64,000 nucleotides of DNA from Candidatus Omnitrophota bacterium (GTDB taxonomy: Bacteria; Omnitrophota; Gorgyraeia; Zapsychrales; Zapsychraceae): positions 64,390 to 128,389 of the forward strand of contig JADFXT010000007.1 in NCBI GenBank assembly GCA_015233405.1, given 5' to 3'. Both the position numbers and the translations under genes were made by a program. Below the pieces are notes generated by a model. The model made no database searches, was not told where the DNA came from, and worked only from the letters and a program-made list of their open reading frames with translations. Numbering within the stretch: position 1 is the stretch's first letter; every line of letters begins with the position of its first letter. Shown piece by piece: positions 35,587 through 45,390 of this stretch.

Positions 35587-37590
35587 ATGCGCACTGTGAA
35601 AAGTCCAACCTGTAATCGCATCATGATCGAAAAAGTCACTCCGCAAATAGACGGCGGAGTTTTTCCTATTAAACGTGTGGTCACAGACCAAGTTGTGGTC
35701 CGTGCCTGTGTTTTTGCCGACGGGCATGATGAAGTGTGCGCAACGCTTCTTTATCGACGTCAAGATGCGCCCGAATGGCATGAAGTCAAAATGAAATTTT
35801 TAGGTAATGACCAGTGGATTGGCGCTTTCTTTATCGAGGAAGAAAAAAATTATTTGTATTCGGTCCGGGGATATGTCCATGAGTTTTTGTCCTGGCGTCA
35901 TGATCTAGAAAAAAGGATTGCCGCCAAGCAAGATGTTTTTGTCGCTCTACAAATCGGAGCCCGATTAATTAAAGAAGCTGCGGCGCGGGCGAAGGGCACA
36001 GAGGGCACAAAGCTTAAGGCGTGGGGCAAACAATTAGAGTCTGCGGATGCCGGGTCGCTTCAGGCCGCGCTTACGGTTGTCATGAGCCAGGAGCTTTTGG
36101 ATTTGATGGAGGCCAACTTCAATAAGAAAAAAAGTGTCACCTTTGAACGGGAATTGCTCGTCGCTGTTGAACCTAAATTGGCCCAGTTTAGCAGCTGGTA
36201 TGAATTGTTCCCGCGTTCGTGGAGCGTTGTTCCGGGCAAACACGGCACCTTTAAAGAGTGTGTGCGATTATTGCCGGAGATTGCCCGCATGGGATTTGAT
36301 GTTATCTATTTGCCGCCAATTCATCCGATCGGTTCGGCTCATCGTAAGGGAAAAAATAATTCCACCCGCTGTGAGCCTAATGATCCCGGTTCTCCGTGGG
36401 CGATTGGTTCTTCGGAAGGCGGGCATAAGGCCGTTCATCCGCAATTGGGAATGCTTGACGATTTTAGAAATTTTCTTAATAAGGCCAAAGAACATAATTT
36501 GGCGATAGCGCTCGATATTGCATTTCAGTGTTCACCGGACCATCCGTATGTTAAAGACCATCCCAGCTGGTTTAAGTGGCGTCCCGACGGAACTATTCAG
36601 TATGCGGAGAATCCTCCGAAGAAATATGAAGATGTCCTGCCGCTTAATTTTGAGACGGAAGATACGGAAGATCTTTGGGAAGAATTAAAAAGCATTTTTC
36701 TTTTTTGGGCCCAGCAAGGCGTGCGGTTTTTCCGTGTGGATAATCCGCACACTAAGCCATTTTGTTTCTGGGATTGGCTGATCAAGGAAGTGAAGGCAGA
36801 ATATCCGGATGCAGTGTTTCTCTCTGAGGCATTTACTCGGCCGAATATCATGTACCGTCTGGCCAAAGGCGGGTTTACGCAGTCTTATACTTATTTTACC
36901 TGGCGCAGCACTAAGAAAGATTTTACCGAATATCTGACGGAATTAAGCCAAAGTGAAGTGGCGGAATATTTTCGTCCGAATTTCTGGCCTAACACGCCGG
37001 ATATTTTGCCTGAACATCTTCAAACCGGCGGACGGCCAGCGTTTATGATGCGGGCGATTCTGGCTGCGACACTCTCATCGAACTTTGGGATCTACGGCCC
37101 GGCATATGAACTGTGCGTTTCAGAAGCGGTTGCCCCGGGCAAAGAGGAATATCTTAATTCCGAAAAATATGAAATTAAAAAATGGGATTGGAACCAGGAG
37201 GGAAATCTTAAAGAACTTTTTGTTAAGCTTAATAAGATCCGCAAAGAAAATCCCTGTCTGCAGGTGACCCGTAATATCCGTTTTTGTGCGATTGATAACG
37301 ACGAGCTTTTGGCTTTCTATAAAGCCACCGGCGACTATTCGAATATCCTTTTGGTCGTGGTCAATCTGGACCCGCGCCGTGTTCAATCCGGATGGGTGAA
37401 GGTTCCGCTCGAGAAGTTCGGCCTCAAAGAAGACCAGTCGTACGTCGTCCAGGATTTATTAAGCGGCCATAAATATACTTGGCAGGGCGAGAAAAATTAC
37501 GTTGAACTTGATCCCGAGATATTGCCGGCGCATATTTTCCGCATTAAACGCGTGCTTCCTTGTGAAAAGAATTTTGATTATTTTATGTAA
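35587..37590 (+). CDS. glgE: Alpha-1,4-glucan:maltose-1-phosphate maltosyltransferase
   Basis: 'IEKVTPQIDGGVFPIKRVVTDQVVVRACVFADGHDEV' is the GlgE N-domain. 'FRVDNPHTKP', 'FLSEAFT' and 'PNTPDIL' are GH13 motifs. Confidence 0.85.
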   Translation: MRTVKSPTCNRIMIEKVTPQIDGGVFPIKRVVTDQVVVRACVFADGHDEVCATLLYRRQDAPEWHEVKMKFLGNDQWIGAFFIEEEKNYLYSVRGYVHEFLSWRHDLEKRIAAKQDVFVALQIGARLIKEAAARAKGTEGTKLKAWGKQLESADAGSLQAALTVVMSQELLDLMEANFNKKKSVTFERELLVAVEPKLAQFSSWYELFPRSWSVVPGKHGTFKECVRLLPEIARMGFDVIYLPPIHPIGSAHRKGKNNSTRCEPNDPGSPWAIGSSEGGHKAVHPQLGMLDDFRNFLNKAKEHNLAIALDIAFQCSPDHPYVKDHPSWFKWRPDGTIQYAENPPKKYEDVLPLNFETEDTEDLWEELKSIFLFWAQQGVRFFRVDNPHTKPFCFWDWLIKEVKAEYPDAVFLSEAFTRPNIMYRLAKGGFTQSYTYFTWRSTKKDFTEYLTELSQSEVAEYFRPNFWPNTPDILPEHLQTGGRPAFMMRAILAATLSSNFGIYGPAYELCVSEAVAPGKEEYLNSEKYEIKKWDWNQEGNLKELFVKLNKIRKENPCLQVTRNIRFCAIDNDELLAFYKATGDYSNILLVVVNLDPRRVQSGWVKVPLEKFGLKEDQSYVVQDLLSGHKYTWQGEKNYVELDPEILPAHIFRIKRVLPCEKNFDYFM

Positions 37591-37662
37591 AACAGAATCT
37601 GCAGAGGCTGTTTTCTCGTCGAGAATCAAAGCGATCCTTTCTTAAATACGCTAAAATCTATA

Positions 37663-37688
37663 GTAGAAAAAAGTCAGAGAAAAGTGTC
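37663..37688 (+). promoter_or_regulatory. A-rich upstream box, copy 2
   Basis: 'GTAGAAAAAAGTCAGAGAAAAGTGTC'. TATAAT at 37720, 57 nt from the box start. Confidence 0.5.
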
Positions 37689-37731
37689 ATCAGGCCATTG
37701 CTTATTTTAAAGGAGTTGTTATAATTTTTTT

Positions 37732-38019
37732 AGAAGTAGAAGAGGACATCAAGATTTCTTAATTAGGATTTGTGGGGATCTAGGCTAATGAAGGAATCAG
37801 ATGCGGGGCAAGCAAAAGATTCTTAAGCCCGTGCTTATTAGAGAGCAATATCTGGTTTGATTAGCCTAGAGCCCAAAAATATGGAATTTCCTGTGGGATT
37901 TCCCCTTGCAGAGGAATCTGAATCTCACGGGAAGCAGAAACCGTCTTCTTATCGTATTTCAAGAAGGCGGAGAAAGTCAAAAAGGCTACGATTGGCAACA
38001 CCAATCATAGCCTTTTTTT
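37732..38019 (+). ncRNA. Candidate structured non-coding RNA of unknown class (~290 nt)
   Basis: Preceded by TTGCTT/TATAAT. No ORF of 60 codons or more. Long-range helix TCTAGGCTAAT (37779-)/ATTAGCCTAGA (37863-). 5' AGAAGAGGAC can pair with 3' GTCTTCTTAT. Ends in the terminator GGCTACGATTGG-caaca-CCAATCATAGCC plus T7 (37984-38019). Confidence 0.45.
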
Positions 38020-38020
38020 A

Positions 38021-38046
38021 GTAGAAAAAAATCAAAGAAAAAGGGA
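38021..38046 (+). promoter_or_regulatory. A-rich upstream box, copy 3
   Basis: 'GTAGAAAAAAATCAAAGAAAAAGGGA'. TATAAT at 38078, 57 nt from the box start. Confidence 0.5.
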
Positions 38047-38148
38047 ATTGGGTCAATAAGAAACGGCAGGCATTGGATATAATAATATTAAAAGGTATTA
38101 GATGGTTATAAGACATATTGAAAAGAGTTTTGCAGGAATTTTCTATTT

Positions 38149-38337
38149 ATGATAAACCAGAACGTTTTGATCACCAAAGAAGTCGCGGAATTTTTAAGAG
38201 TCAGCGAAGAATATGTCCGAGAACTCATTCGGGATAAAAAGATCCGTGCCTATAAGGAAGGGCGGCGCGGTGGATACAGGGTTCTTAAAGAAGATGTGGA
38301 TAAATATATTGAGGAAAAACTACACAGTGTTGGATAA
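38149..38337 (+). CDS. Excisionase-family helix-turn-helix DNA-binding protein
   Basis: 62 aa. 'LITKEVAEFLRVSEEYVRELIRDKKIRAYK.GRR..YRVLKEDVDKYI' fits the MerR/Xis-type wHTH pattern. Confidence 0.65.
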   Translation: MINQNVLITKEVAEFLRVSEEYVRELIRDKKIRAYKEGRRGGYRVLKEDVDKYIEEKLHSVG

Positions 38338-38435
38338 GAAAATAGCGCTAAAAGATAAAATGGAGCCAAACAAAATTTTTTATACATATAAAATATTGTT
38401 GATATAATTAACTAAACTAGATTAACTTATTAAAT

Positions 38436-39062
38436 ATGAATCCCGAAAAGAAAACAAAGATAGCCGAGATGTTAGCCCTAGTGGTCAGCTGTGCCGCGAT
38501 GCTGGTCATTATTGGCTGGATATTTAATATTCCGTTCTTAAAAAGTCTTTCCCCCTCCTGGGTCACGATGAAATTCGTTGCAGCGGTTGCTTTCCTTTTA
38601 AGCGGTGTAAGTTTATATTTTATTGTCAGGGCCAAACAGGGCCTCTTTGACCAGGCGCAGGTCATTCTTTTCATTGTTGCGTTAATCCTTGTCCTTTATA
38701 TGGGGCTTTTTTTATTCTCCATCTTGTTTAAGATAGAAACCAACATTGAAGATTTGCTTATTCACGACGCGAATCCAGTAAAGACCGCCGCTCCGGGACA
38801 GCCTTCGTTGTTTACCATTATCAATTTTCTTTTGATAGCGCTGGCGGATATTTTCACGATCCTCAATCCCGAGCGTTTAGCGTCCAAGCTTAGGGTTATC
38901 GGTTTTTTGGTGGGGGCAATCGGAGCCATCGCGGTAATGGGTTATATCCTTAATGTTCCTATTCTTTATTATTATATGCCAGGTTTTAACACCGCCATGG
39001 CGTGCCATACGGCCATTTTATTTGTCTTGTTAGGAGTGGGGCTTTTATGTCTATCCGATTAA
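38436..39062 (+). CDS. Polytopic membrane protein (6-7 TM), possible sensory module for the downstream kinase
   Basis: Hydrophobic throughout. Its end overlaps the start of the kinase gene. Confidence 0.4.
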   Translation: MNPEKKTKIAEMLALVVSCAAMLVIIGWIFNIPFLKSLSPSWVTMKFVAAVAFLLSGVSLYFIVRAKQGLFDQAQVILFIVALILVLYMGLFLFSILFKIETNIEDLLIHDANPVKTAAPGQPSLFTIINFLLIALADIFTILNPERLASKLRVIGFLVGAIGAIAVMGYILNVPILYYYMPGFNTAMACHTAILFVLLGVGLLCLSD

Positions 39063-40918
39063 AATTGACCATCACATTCTTGGCGCTTACTTTGATCCCG
39101 CTCTTATTTGTCAGCGTCATCGCTTTTAATAATTATAAAAACTACCTCGAGGCTGACCATATTGCGGATTTAAGAAATATCCTGATGTTTAAGTCGGATA
39201 AGATCGAAACCTATTTCTCCGGATTAAAGTCTGATATAGAAATCGCCCAAAGTTTTTTTAACATTAAACAAAACCTTCCGATACTTTCTCAATATGCTAA
39301 CGATCCCCACAACACGAAGTTTTTGGAAGCCAAGAAAATGCTCGACGGACAGTTGCAAAACACGCAATCCGTTCTAGGGTTATATGACATCATGTTGGTC
39401 AACGTAGATGGAAAAATTGTCTATGCCAGCAATCCCAAGCATTATCCGAAACATTTCTTGAATTCCCTTCCAGATTTAAAGAACGAGACATTTGAAAGAG
39501 GAAAGAAAGGCGTTTACTTTTCTGATATTTTCTTAGATCCTATCGAAAGCGGCAGGCCGACCATGCTGGTGACGGCTCCGGTTCTTGATTTTCATGGAGA
39601 GCTCGTCGGAGTTGTTGCGTTTTCAGTGGATATGGGGTCCGTCTATCGCTTGATGCAGGATAGGACTTGGTTGGGCAAGACAGGAGAAACCCTGATAGGA
39701 AAAAAAGTCGGGGACCGGGTGATTTATTTAAATCCTTTACGGTATGACACTGAAGCGGTTCTGACAAAACATGTCCATATTGGAGATGTCCTCGGCGGGC
39801 CTATTCAAAAAGCGGTACAAGGGGAAAACGGCGCCGGAGAGCTTATCGATTATCGCGGGAAGAAAGTTGTCGCGGCCTGGCAGTTTATTCCGATGCTGAA
39901 TTGGGGTATTGTGGCGAAGATGGATATTGAGGAAGCCTTTGCCGATATTATAAAATTAGGAAAATTGATCAGCATTATTTTAATTATTGTTTCGGTGTTG
40001 TGCAGCATTGTGGCTTTTGCTATTGCGAAATCTATTTCTGACCCCATCAAAAAATTGTCCAAGGGGGCTGAGGCAATCGGCAGCGGGAATCTGGATTATA
40101 AGGTTGGTATCAGTTCAAAAGATGAACTCGGTCAGCTGTCGAGGACGTTTGACAATATGGCCAGTGATTTAAAAAATATTACCGCTTCACGTGATGAGCT
40201 TAATAAAGAGATCGCTGAACGTAAAGCCGCAGAGGAAGAACTTAAGCGATCGAATGAGAATTTGGAACAATTCGCCTATGTCGCCTCGCACGACCTTCAG
40301 GAGCCGCTAAGGGTCATGGCCAGCTATTCGGAACTTTTGGAAAGGCGTTATAAAAGTAAATTGGACAAGGATGCGGATGAGTTTATAGGCTATATTGTGG
40401 ACGGGGCTAAACGCATGCAGAAGCTCATCAATGACCTTTTGGCATATTCCCGCATCGGACGTGTCAACAAGCCCGTCGAGGATGTCGATTGTAATTCTAT
40501 CTTAGATCGCGTGATCAATAGCCTGCAGCCGGTCATAGAACAAAATCAAGCGGTTATTTCTCATGATAAATTGCCGGTGCTTAAAGGAACTGAGAGCCAC
40601 TATGTCCAATTATTTCAGAATCTTATTGGAAACGCGATAAAATTCCATGGGCCTGAAGCTCCTCGTATTCATATCCGCGCGGTACGACATGGTAAGGAGT
40701 GGCTGTTTTCCGTCAAGGATAACGGCATTGGCATAGACCTGCAATATAAAGACAGGATTTTTCTGATTTTCCAGCGCCTGCACGGTAGAAATGAATATCC
40801 CGGGACAGGCATTGGGCTTTCCATCTGTAAAAAGATTGTAGAAACAGAAGGCGGACGGATTTGGGTAGAGTCCACGCTAGGAAAAGGTTCTATTTTTTAT
40901 TTCACAATCCCTGCTTAA
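39047..40918 (+). CDS. Sensor histidine kinase (Cache-like domain, HAMP, phytochrome-type HisKA, HATPase_c)
   Basis: N-terminal TM 'LTITFLALTLIPLLFV'. 'LSKGAEAIGSGNLDYKV...DELGQLSRTFDNMA' is the HAMP. 'FAYVASHDLQEPLR' is the H-box. 'DNGIGI' and 'GTGIGLSICKKI' are present. The ATG at 39047 is preferred over 39002. Confidence 0.8.
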   Translation: MSIRLKLTITFLALTLIPLLFVSVIAFNNYKNYLEADHIADLRNILMFKSDKIETYFSGLKSDIEIAQSFFNIKQNLPILSQYANDPHNTKFLEAKKMLDGQLQNTQSVLGLYDIMLVNVDGKIVYASNPKHYPKHFLNSLPDLKNETFERGKKGVYFSDIFLDPIESGRPTMLVTAPVLDFHGELVGVVAFSVDMGSVYRLMQDRTWLGKTGETLIGKKVGDRVIYLNPLRYDTEAVLTKHVHIGDVLGGPIQKAVQGENGAGELIDYRGKKVVAAWQFIPMLNWGIVAKMDIEEAFADIIKLGKLISIILIIVSVLCSIVAFAIAKSISDPIKKLSKGAEAIGSGNLDYKVGISSKDELGQLSRTFDNMASDLKNITASRDELNKEIAERKAAEEELKRSNENLEQFAYVASHDLQEPLRVMASYSELLERRYKSKLDKDADEFIGYIVDGAKRMQKLINDLLAYSRIGRVNKPVEDVDCNSILDRVINSLQPVIEQNQAVISHDKLPVLKGTESHYVQLFQNLIGNAIKFHGPEAPRIHIRAVRHGKEWLFSVKDNGIGIDLQYKDRIFLIFQRLHGRNEYPGTGIGLSICKKIVETEGGRIWVESTLGKGSIFYFTIPA

Positions 40919-40927
40919 AGTTTATTG

Positions 40928-40996
40928 TTGTCATCCCCGGCGATCCCTCATTAGCGGGATGGTAAGCGAAGGGCGAACCAAAGCGGGAATGACAGG
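40928..40996. repeat. Palindromic dispersed repeat, locus 6 (degenerate)
   Basis: 'TTGTCATCCCCGGCGATCCC...AGCGGGATGG...AGCGGGAATGACAGG'. Confidence 0.6.
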
Positions 40997-41015
40997 AATG
41001 AGAAAGGAGCAATGA

Positions 41016-41474
41016 ATGACCAATAGTAACGGAAATTGTTTTCAATCGATTGAGATCTTGCTGGTGGAGGACAATCCGGCGGATGTGCGCTTAACCATAG
41101 AGGCCCTTAAAGAGGAGAAGGTCTTTAGCAGCCTGAATGTGGTCAGCGATGGAGTGGAAGCCATGGAATATCTTCGGCAAGAAGGAAAATATTCAAAAGT
41201 ATCAAGGCCGGATTTGATATTGCTCGACCTTAACCTTCCGAAAAAAGATGGTCGGGAAGTCTTAAAAGAAATTAAAGCAGATGAAATATTAAAGACAATT
41301 CCCGTTGTGGTTTTGACGGTATCGAAATCTGAGGAAGATATTTTAAAGACATATAATTTGCATGCAAATTGTTACATTAGTAAGCCCGTCGATTTAAAAC
41401 AGTTTATGAAAGTGGTGAAGTCTATTCGGGAGTTCTGGCTGACCATTGTTAAACTACCACCGAAAGGGAATTAA
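41016..41474 (+). CDS. Response regulator receiver (Rcp1-like, single domain)
   Basis: '[14 protein letters not shown]', '[20 protein letters not shown]', 'IPVVVLTVS' and 'CYISKP'. Confidence 0.85.
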   Translation: MTNSNGNCFQSIEILLVEDNPADVRLTIEALKEEKVFSSLNVVSDGVEAMEYLRQEGKYSKVSRPDLILLDLNLPKKDGREVLKEIKADEILKTIPVVVLTVSKSEEDILKTYNLHANCYISKPVDLKQFMKVVKSIREFWLTIVKLPPKGN

Positions 41475-41486
41475 GGAGAGTTTTGT

Positions 41487-43061
41487 ATGGAAAAAAATGA
41501 CCTGAATGTCCTTCTTTTGGAAGATAACCCTTGGGATGCGAGGCTTGTGTTTGAAATGTTCAAGGATTGCGACAAATTATCTTCGAGAATGGTGCATGTG
41601 AGCCGTCTAGACGAGGCCTTGAAGATCCAGAAGGAAGAGAAGTTTGATGTTATTCTTATGGACCTTGGGCTTCCAGACAGTCATGAGTTCGAGGGGCTTG
41701 ATGCTATTATCGCCCAGAACCCGAGTATTCCGGTGATCGTTTTAACCGGAAATGATAATGAAAATGTCGGTATTCAGGCTTTGCAAAAACGGGCTGCGGA
41801 TTATCTAGTCAAGGGGAAATTTGATTCCAATCTTTTGGTCCGGACCATCCGATATGCTATTGAACGTAAGAGGGTTGAAGAAAATTTGGCTAACGAGCGG
41901 CATAATCTTCAAATGATTTTTGACGTCGTCAATGTCGGAATGCTTTTGATCGACGAGCATGGAACGGTCGAACGGGTCAATAATGTGATTAGTCGGTGGG
42001 TGGGTAAAGAAGAAATGGCTATGTGCGGGACCCAGCCGGGTAATGTCTTAGGATGTATTCATGCTATTCATAATCCCAAGGGCTGCGGGCATTCTGCTCA
42101 TTGCCAGATATGCCCTATTCGGAAGGCCTTTGAGGATGTCTTACGTTACCAAAAGCCGGTCCATGATGTTGAAGTTGATACCTGCCTTGTGCGGGAAGGA
42201 AAAGAAGTTCATTTATGGATTGATGTCAGTGCGGACCCGCTTATTATCGACGGGAAGAAACATGTTATTCTGGCCATTAACAACATCACGGAGCGGAAAA
42301 AAGCAGAAGAAATCTTAAAACGTGACAAGGAAATTTTTGAAGGGCTTGTCAGCGAGCGAAGCAAAGAATTAATGGAAGCCCACATTCAATTAGCTCAAAA
42401 GAAGCGCCTTTCCGACATAGGAACGTTAGCCGCAACGATTGCTCATGAGCTGCGCAATCCTTTAGCCGCGATTGGATTGGCCACGTATAATATTAAAAGA
42501 AAAGCGGTCGATGCGCCGATAGAAAAGCATATCAAGAATATCGAGAAGAAGGTGGCGGAGAGTGAGCAGATTATTAATAATTTATTGTTTTATTCCCGGA
42601 TTAAACCGCCGCATATAGAGACTGCTAATCTTTATCATATTATTGAAGAGTGCGTCGACGTTATAGAGAAACAATCCGAAAAGAAAGTCCTTTTTCGTCG
42701 AAAATATGATTCCATAAAAGATGTTGTGATGAGCATTGATCCGCTTCAAATGAAGGAAGTCTTTCAAAATATTTTAAATAACGCCTATGATGCCGTTTCT
42801 GACGGAAAAGGAACAATAGAAATCAGCGCGGAAGAAGAATCGGGGTTCATAAAACTTTACTTTAAAGATAATGGGACAGGAATCGACAAGGAGCACTTTG
42901 AAAAAGTTTTTGACCCTTTCTTTACGACCAAAGCCAAGGGGACTGGCCTGGGCCTTTCTGTTTGTCAGCAGATCGTCAATCTTCACGGCGGAGCAATCCA
43001 CATTGAAAGCGAGCTGGGCCAAGGGACTACGTTTATGATCGCTTTGCCGAAAATAGGCTAA
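41487..43061 (+). CDS. Hybrid receiver, Cys/His-rich PAS-like domain, histidine kinase
   Basis: '[10 protein letters not shown]', '[11 protein letters not shown]', and the cluster '[31 protein letters not shown]'. '[11 protein letters not shown]' is the H-box. The C-terminal half is closely paralogous to that of the kinase at 25805. Confidence 0.8.
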   Translation: MEKNDLNVLLLEDNPWDARLVFEMFKDCDKLSSRMVHVSRLDEALKIQKEEKFDVILMDLGLPDSHEFEGLDAIIAQNPSIPVIVLTGNDNENVGIQALQKRAADYLVKGKFDSNLLVRTIRYAIERKRVEENLANERHNLQMIFDVVNVGMLLIDEHGTVERVNNVISRWVGKEEMAMCGTQPGNVLGCIHAIHNPKGCGHSAHCQICPIRKAFEDVLRYQKPVHDVEVDTCLVREGKEVHLWIDVSADPLIIDGKKHVILAINNITERKKAEEILKRDKEIFEGLVSERSKELMEAHIQLAQKKRLSDIGTLAATIAHELRNPLAAIGLATYNIKRKAVDAPIEKHIKNIEKKVAESEQIINNLLFYSRIKPPHIETANLYHIIEECVDVIEKQSEKKVLFRRKYDSIKDVVMSIDPLQMKEVFQNILNNAYDAVSDGKGTIEISAEEESGFIKLYFKDNGTGIDKEHFEKVFDPFFTTKAKGTGLGLSVCQQIVNLHGGAIHIESELGQGTTFMIALPKIG

Positions 43062-43117
43062 AGAAAAATACCAAAAGCCCTTTGGAAAGCTTCTTCGCTT
43101 TTTTCCTTGAGGATTTT

Positions 43118-45382
43118 ATGGCACACAAAGACCCGATTTGCGGCATGACGGTGGATGGACATTCGGCGAATAAAGCCGACCGTGACGGGCAGACGTATTA
43201 TTTTTGCTCTGTGTATTGTAAAAATAAATTTCTTTCTACGCCCATCAAATCAACTGCAGTGATTTCTTCTTACATTTGTCCCATGCACCCCTCAATTGAA
43301 AGTAGCCACCCCGGTGATTGTCCGAAATGCGGGATGAGTTTAGAGGCGAAGACTTTTTCTGATTCTGATCACGAGTTTCAAGAACAAAAGGCCTGGGCCA
43401 TCAAGTTTTGGGCTGGGCTTATTTTAACGATCCCCATTGTTCTTCTGGCTCTGAAAGACATGAACCCTTCTTTAAGGGCAGATTCGTTTTTCCCGTCGAG
43501 ATTAACCCCTTGGGTAGAACTTATTTTAAGTACGGCGGTTGTTTGGGGAGTTGGAAAAATATTTTTTGTGAAAGCCTGGCAGTCTATTGTTAACAGAAGT
43601 TTAAATATGTTCACGCTCATTGCCTTAGGGGTCGGCGCATCATATGGCTATAGTGCGAGTGCGGTTTTATTTCCTTTCATTTTTCCGGACAGTGTACAGA
43701 CGGCCGGGAAAATACATCTTTATTTTGAGGCTGCTTCCGTAATTATTGTGCTGGTGATTTTAGGCCAGTGGCTAGAAGCGAAAGCGCGCGGCCGGACACA
43801 ACGTGCTGTTAAAGCTCTCTTGGGGTTAGCGGCCAAAAATGCACATCGGATTTCCAGTGGCGTCGAGGAAGAGGTGGCGATTGAGATGATTCAAAAGGGA
43901 GATCTCTTGCGTGTGCGTCCGGGCGAAAAAATTCCGGTGGATGGGGTCGTAATGGAAGGAGAGAGCTCTGTTGATGAGTCCATGATTTCCGGCGAGCCAA
44001 TGCCGATTGTTAAAATTGTGGGCGAGCGGGTCATTGGTTCGACCATGAATCAAGCCGGGACTTTTGTGATGAGAGCAGAAAAAGTCGGCGCAGAAACGTT
44101 ATTGGCCCAGATCGTGCGCATGGTGTCTGACGCTCAAAGGAGCCGCGCACCGGTTCAAAACCTCGTCGGTATTATAGCGGGATATTTTGTACCGGCGGTT
44201 GTTTTTATTTCCCTAATGACGTTTATTTTTTGGTTTAAGTTTGGGCCGCAGCCTCAGTTAGCGTATGCCGTCGTCAATGCGATCTCGGTTTTGATCATCG
44301 CTTGCCCGTGTGCCTTGGGGCTCGCAACGCCGATGTCGATTATGTTGGGCGTGGGTCGCGGCGCTCAAGACGGGATTCTTATTAGAAGCGCAGAAGCCAT
44401 AGAAAAAGCAGAAAAGGTGACACATGTTTTGATCGATAAGACCGGAACCTTGACTGAGGGCAAGCCTAAAGTGACGGTCGCTATCACGTCGACGGGATTT
44501 ACAGAGTCATCCTTGATAAGTCTTGCGGCTTCCTTGGAACAAAATAGCGAACACCCTTTGGCACGTGCAGTGGTGGAGTATGGAAAACAAAAAAATACCA
44601 AGCTTGAAGTGGTGTCAAATTTTAAGTCCATCTCGGGTGCTGGGGTTCAGGGGACCGTTAGCGGACACGAGGTTTTTATCGGTAAACAGAATTTGATCGA
44701 AGCATCACGGGTTTCCATTCCCGACGATCTAAAGAAAAAAGCGATGTCATTGGAGGACGAAGCCGTCACGGTGATTTGGGTTGTTCTGGAGAGACAAGTC
44801 GTCGGTCTTTTGGGAATTTCGGATTCCATCAAACAGACGACGCCTGATGCTATCCGTGCCCTTCATGCGCGGGGGCTTAAAATTGTTATGCTCACCGGAG
44901 ATAATCGTCAAACCGCCGACGCTGTTGCCCGACCATTGGGCATTGATGAAGTTTACGCGCAATTGAGCCCGGAACATAAACAAGAGATCGTAAGGAAATT
45001 TAAAAGTGGCGGAGCTGTTGTCCTTTTAGCCGGCGACGGGATCAATGATGCTCCGGCGTTGGCTTTAGCCGACGTGGGTGTGGCCATGGGAACCGGTACG
45101 GACGTGGCCATTGAAAGCGCGGGCATTGTACTGGTCAAAGGGGATTTAAACGGCATTGTTAAGGCGCTCCATTTAAGCCGGGCTGTTATGCAGAACATCC
45201 GCCAGAATCTTTTTTTCGCGTTTGTTTATAATGTTTTAGGAATTTCCGTCGCTGCAGGCGTTCTTTATCCATTCTTCGGATTATTGTTAAGCCCTATTAT
45301 TGCCGGCGCGGCCATGAGCTTTAGTTCTGTCTCTGTCATTGGAAACGCCTTACGTTTAAGCTGGGTACGGATTTCAAATTAG
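43118..45382 (+). CDS. copA: Copper/heavy-metal translocating P1B-type ATPase with N-terminal TRASH/YHS and Cys4 metal-binding modules
   Basis: 'DPICGMTVD...YYFCSVYC', 'CPMHP...PGDCPKCGM', '[10 protein letters not shown]', 'DKTGTLT' and '[10 protein letters not shown]'. The ATG at 43118 is preferred over the TTG at 43082. Confidence 0.85.
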   Translation: MAHKDPICGMTVDGHSANKADRDGQTYYFCSVYCKNKFLSTPIKSTAVISSYICPMHPSIESSHPGDCPKCGMSLEAKTFSDSDHEFQEQKAWAIKFWAGLILTIPIVLLALKDMNPSLRADSFFPSRLTPWVELILSTAVVWGVGKIFFVKAWQSIVNRSLNMFTLIALGVGASYGYSASAVLFPFIFPDSVQTAGKIHLYFEAASVIIVLVILGQWLEAKARGRTQRAVKALLGLAAKNAHRISSGVEEEVAIEMIQKGDLLRVRPGEKIPVDGVVMEGESSVDESMISGEPMPIVKIVGERVIGSTMNQAGTFVMRAEKVGAETLLAQIVRMVSDAQRSRAPVQNLVGIIAGYFVPAVVFISLMTFIFWFKFGPQPQLAYAVVNAISVLIIACPCALGLATPMSIMLGVGRGAQDGILIRSAEAIEKAEKVTHVLIDKTGTLTEGKPKVTVAITSTGFTESSLISLAASLEQNSEHPLARAVVEYGKQKNTKLEVVSNFKSISGAGVQGTVSGHEVFIGKQNLIEASRVSIPDDLKKKAMSLEDEAVTVIWVVLERQVVGLLGISDSIKQTTPDAIRALHARGLKIVMLTGDNRQTADAVARPLGIDEVYAQLSPEHKQEIVRKFKSGGAVVLLAGDGINDAPALALADVGVAMGTGTDVAIESAGIVLVKGDLNGIVKALHLSRAVMQNIRQNLFFAFVYNVLGISVAAGVLYPFFGLLLSPIIAGAAMSFSSVSVIGNALRLSWVRISN

Positions 45383-45390
45383 GGAGTACT

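Noticed and set aside
37732-38019. The intergenic RNA candidate might be RNase P RNA, SRP RNA or tmRNA.
   Set aside because: 'GCAGAAACCGTCTTCTTATCG' loosely recalls the RNase P 3' region, and 'GGGAAGCAG' recalls SRP helix 8. However, the universal GAGGAAAGUCC element is missing, as are a GNRA-capped SRP helix 8 and a tRNA-like 3' end. The length is also too short for RNase P.
38436-40918. The possibility that 38436-39062 and 39002-40918 are one frameshifted sensor kinase gene.
   Set aside because: An in-frame ATG at 39047 yields a normal N-terminal TM helix for the kinase, and the overlap is then only 16 nt. I see no slippery sequence. A sequencing error cannot be excluded without reads.
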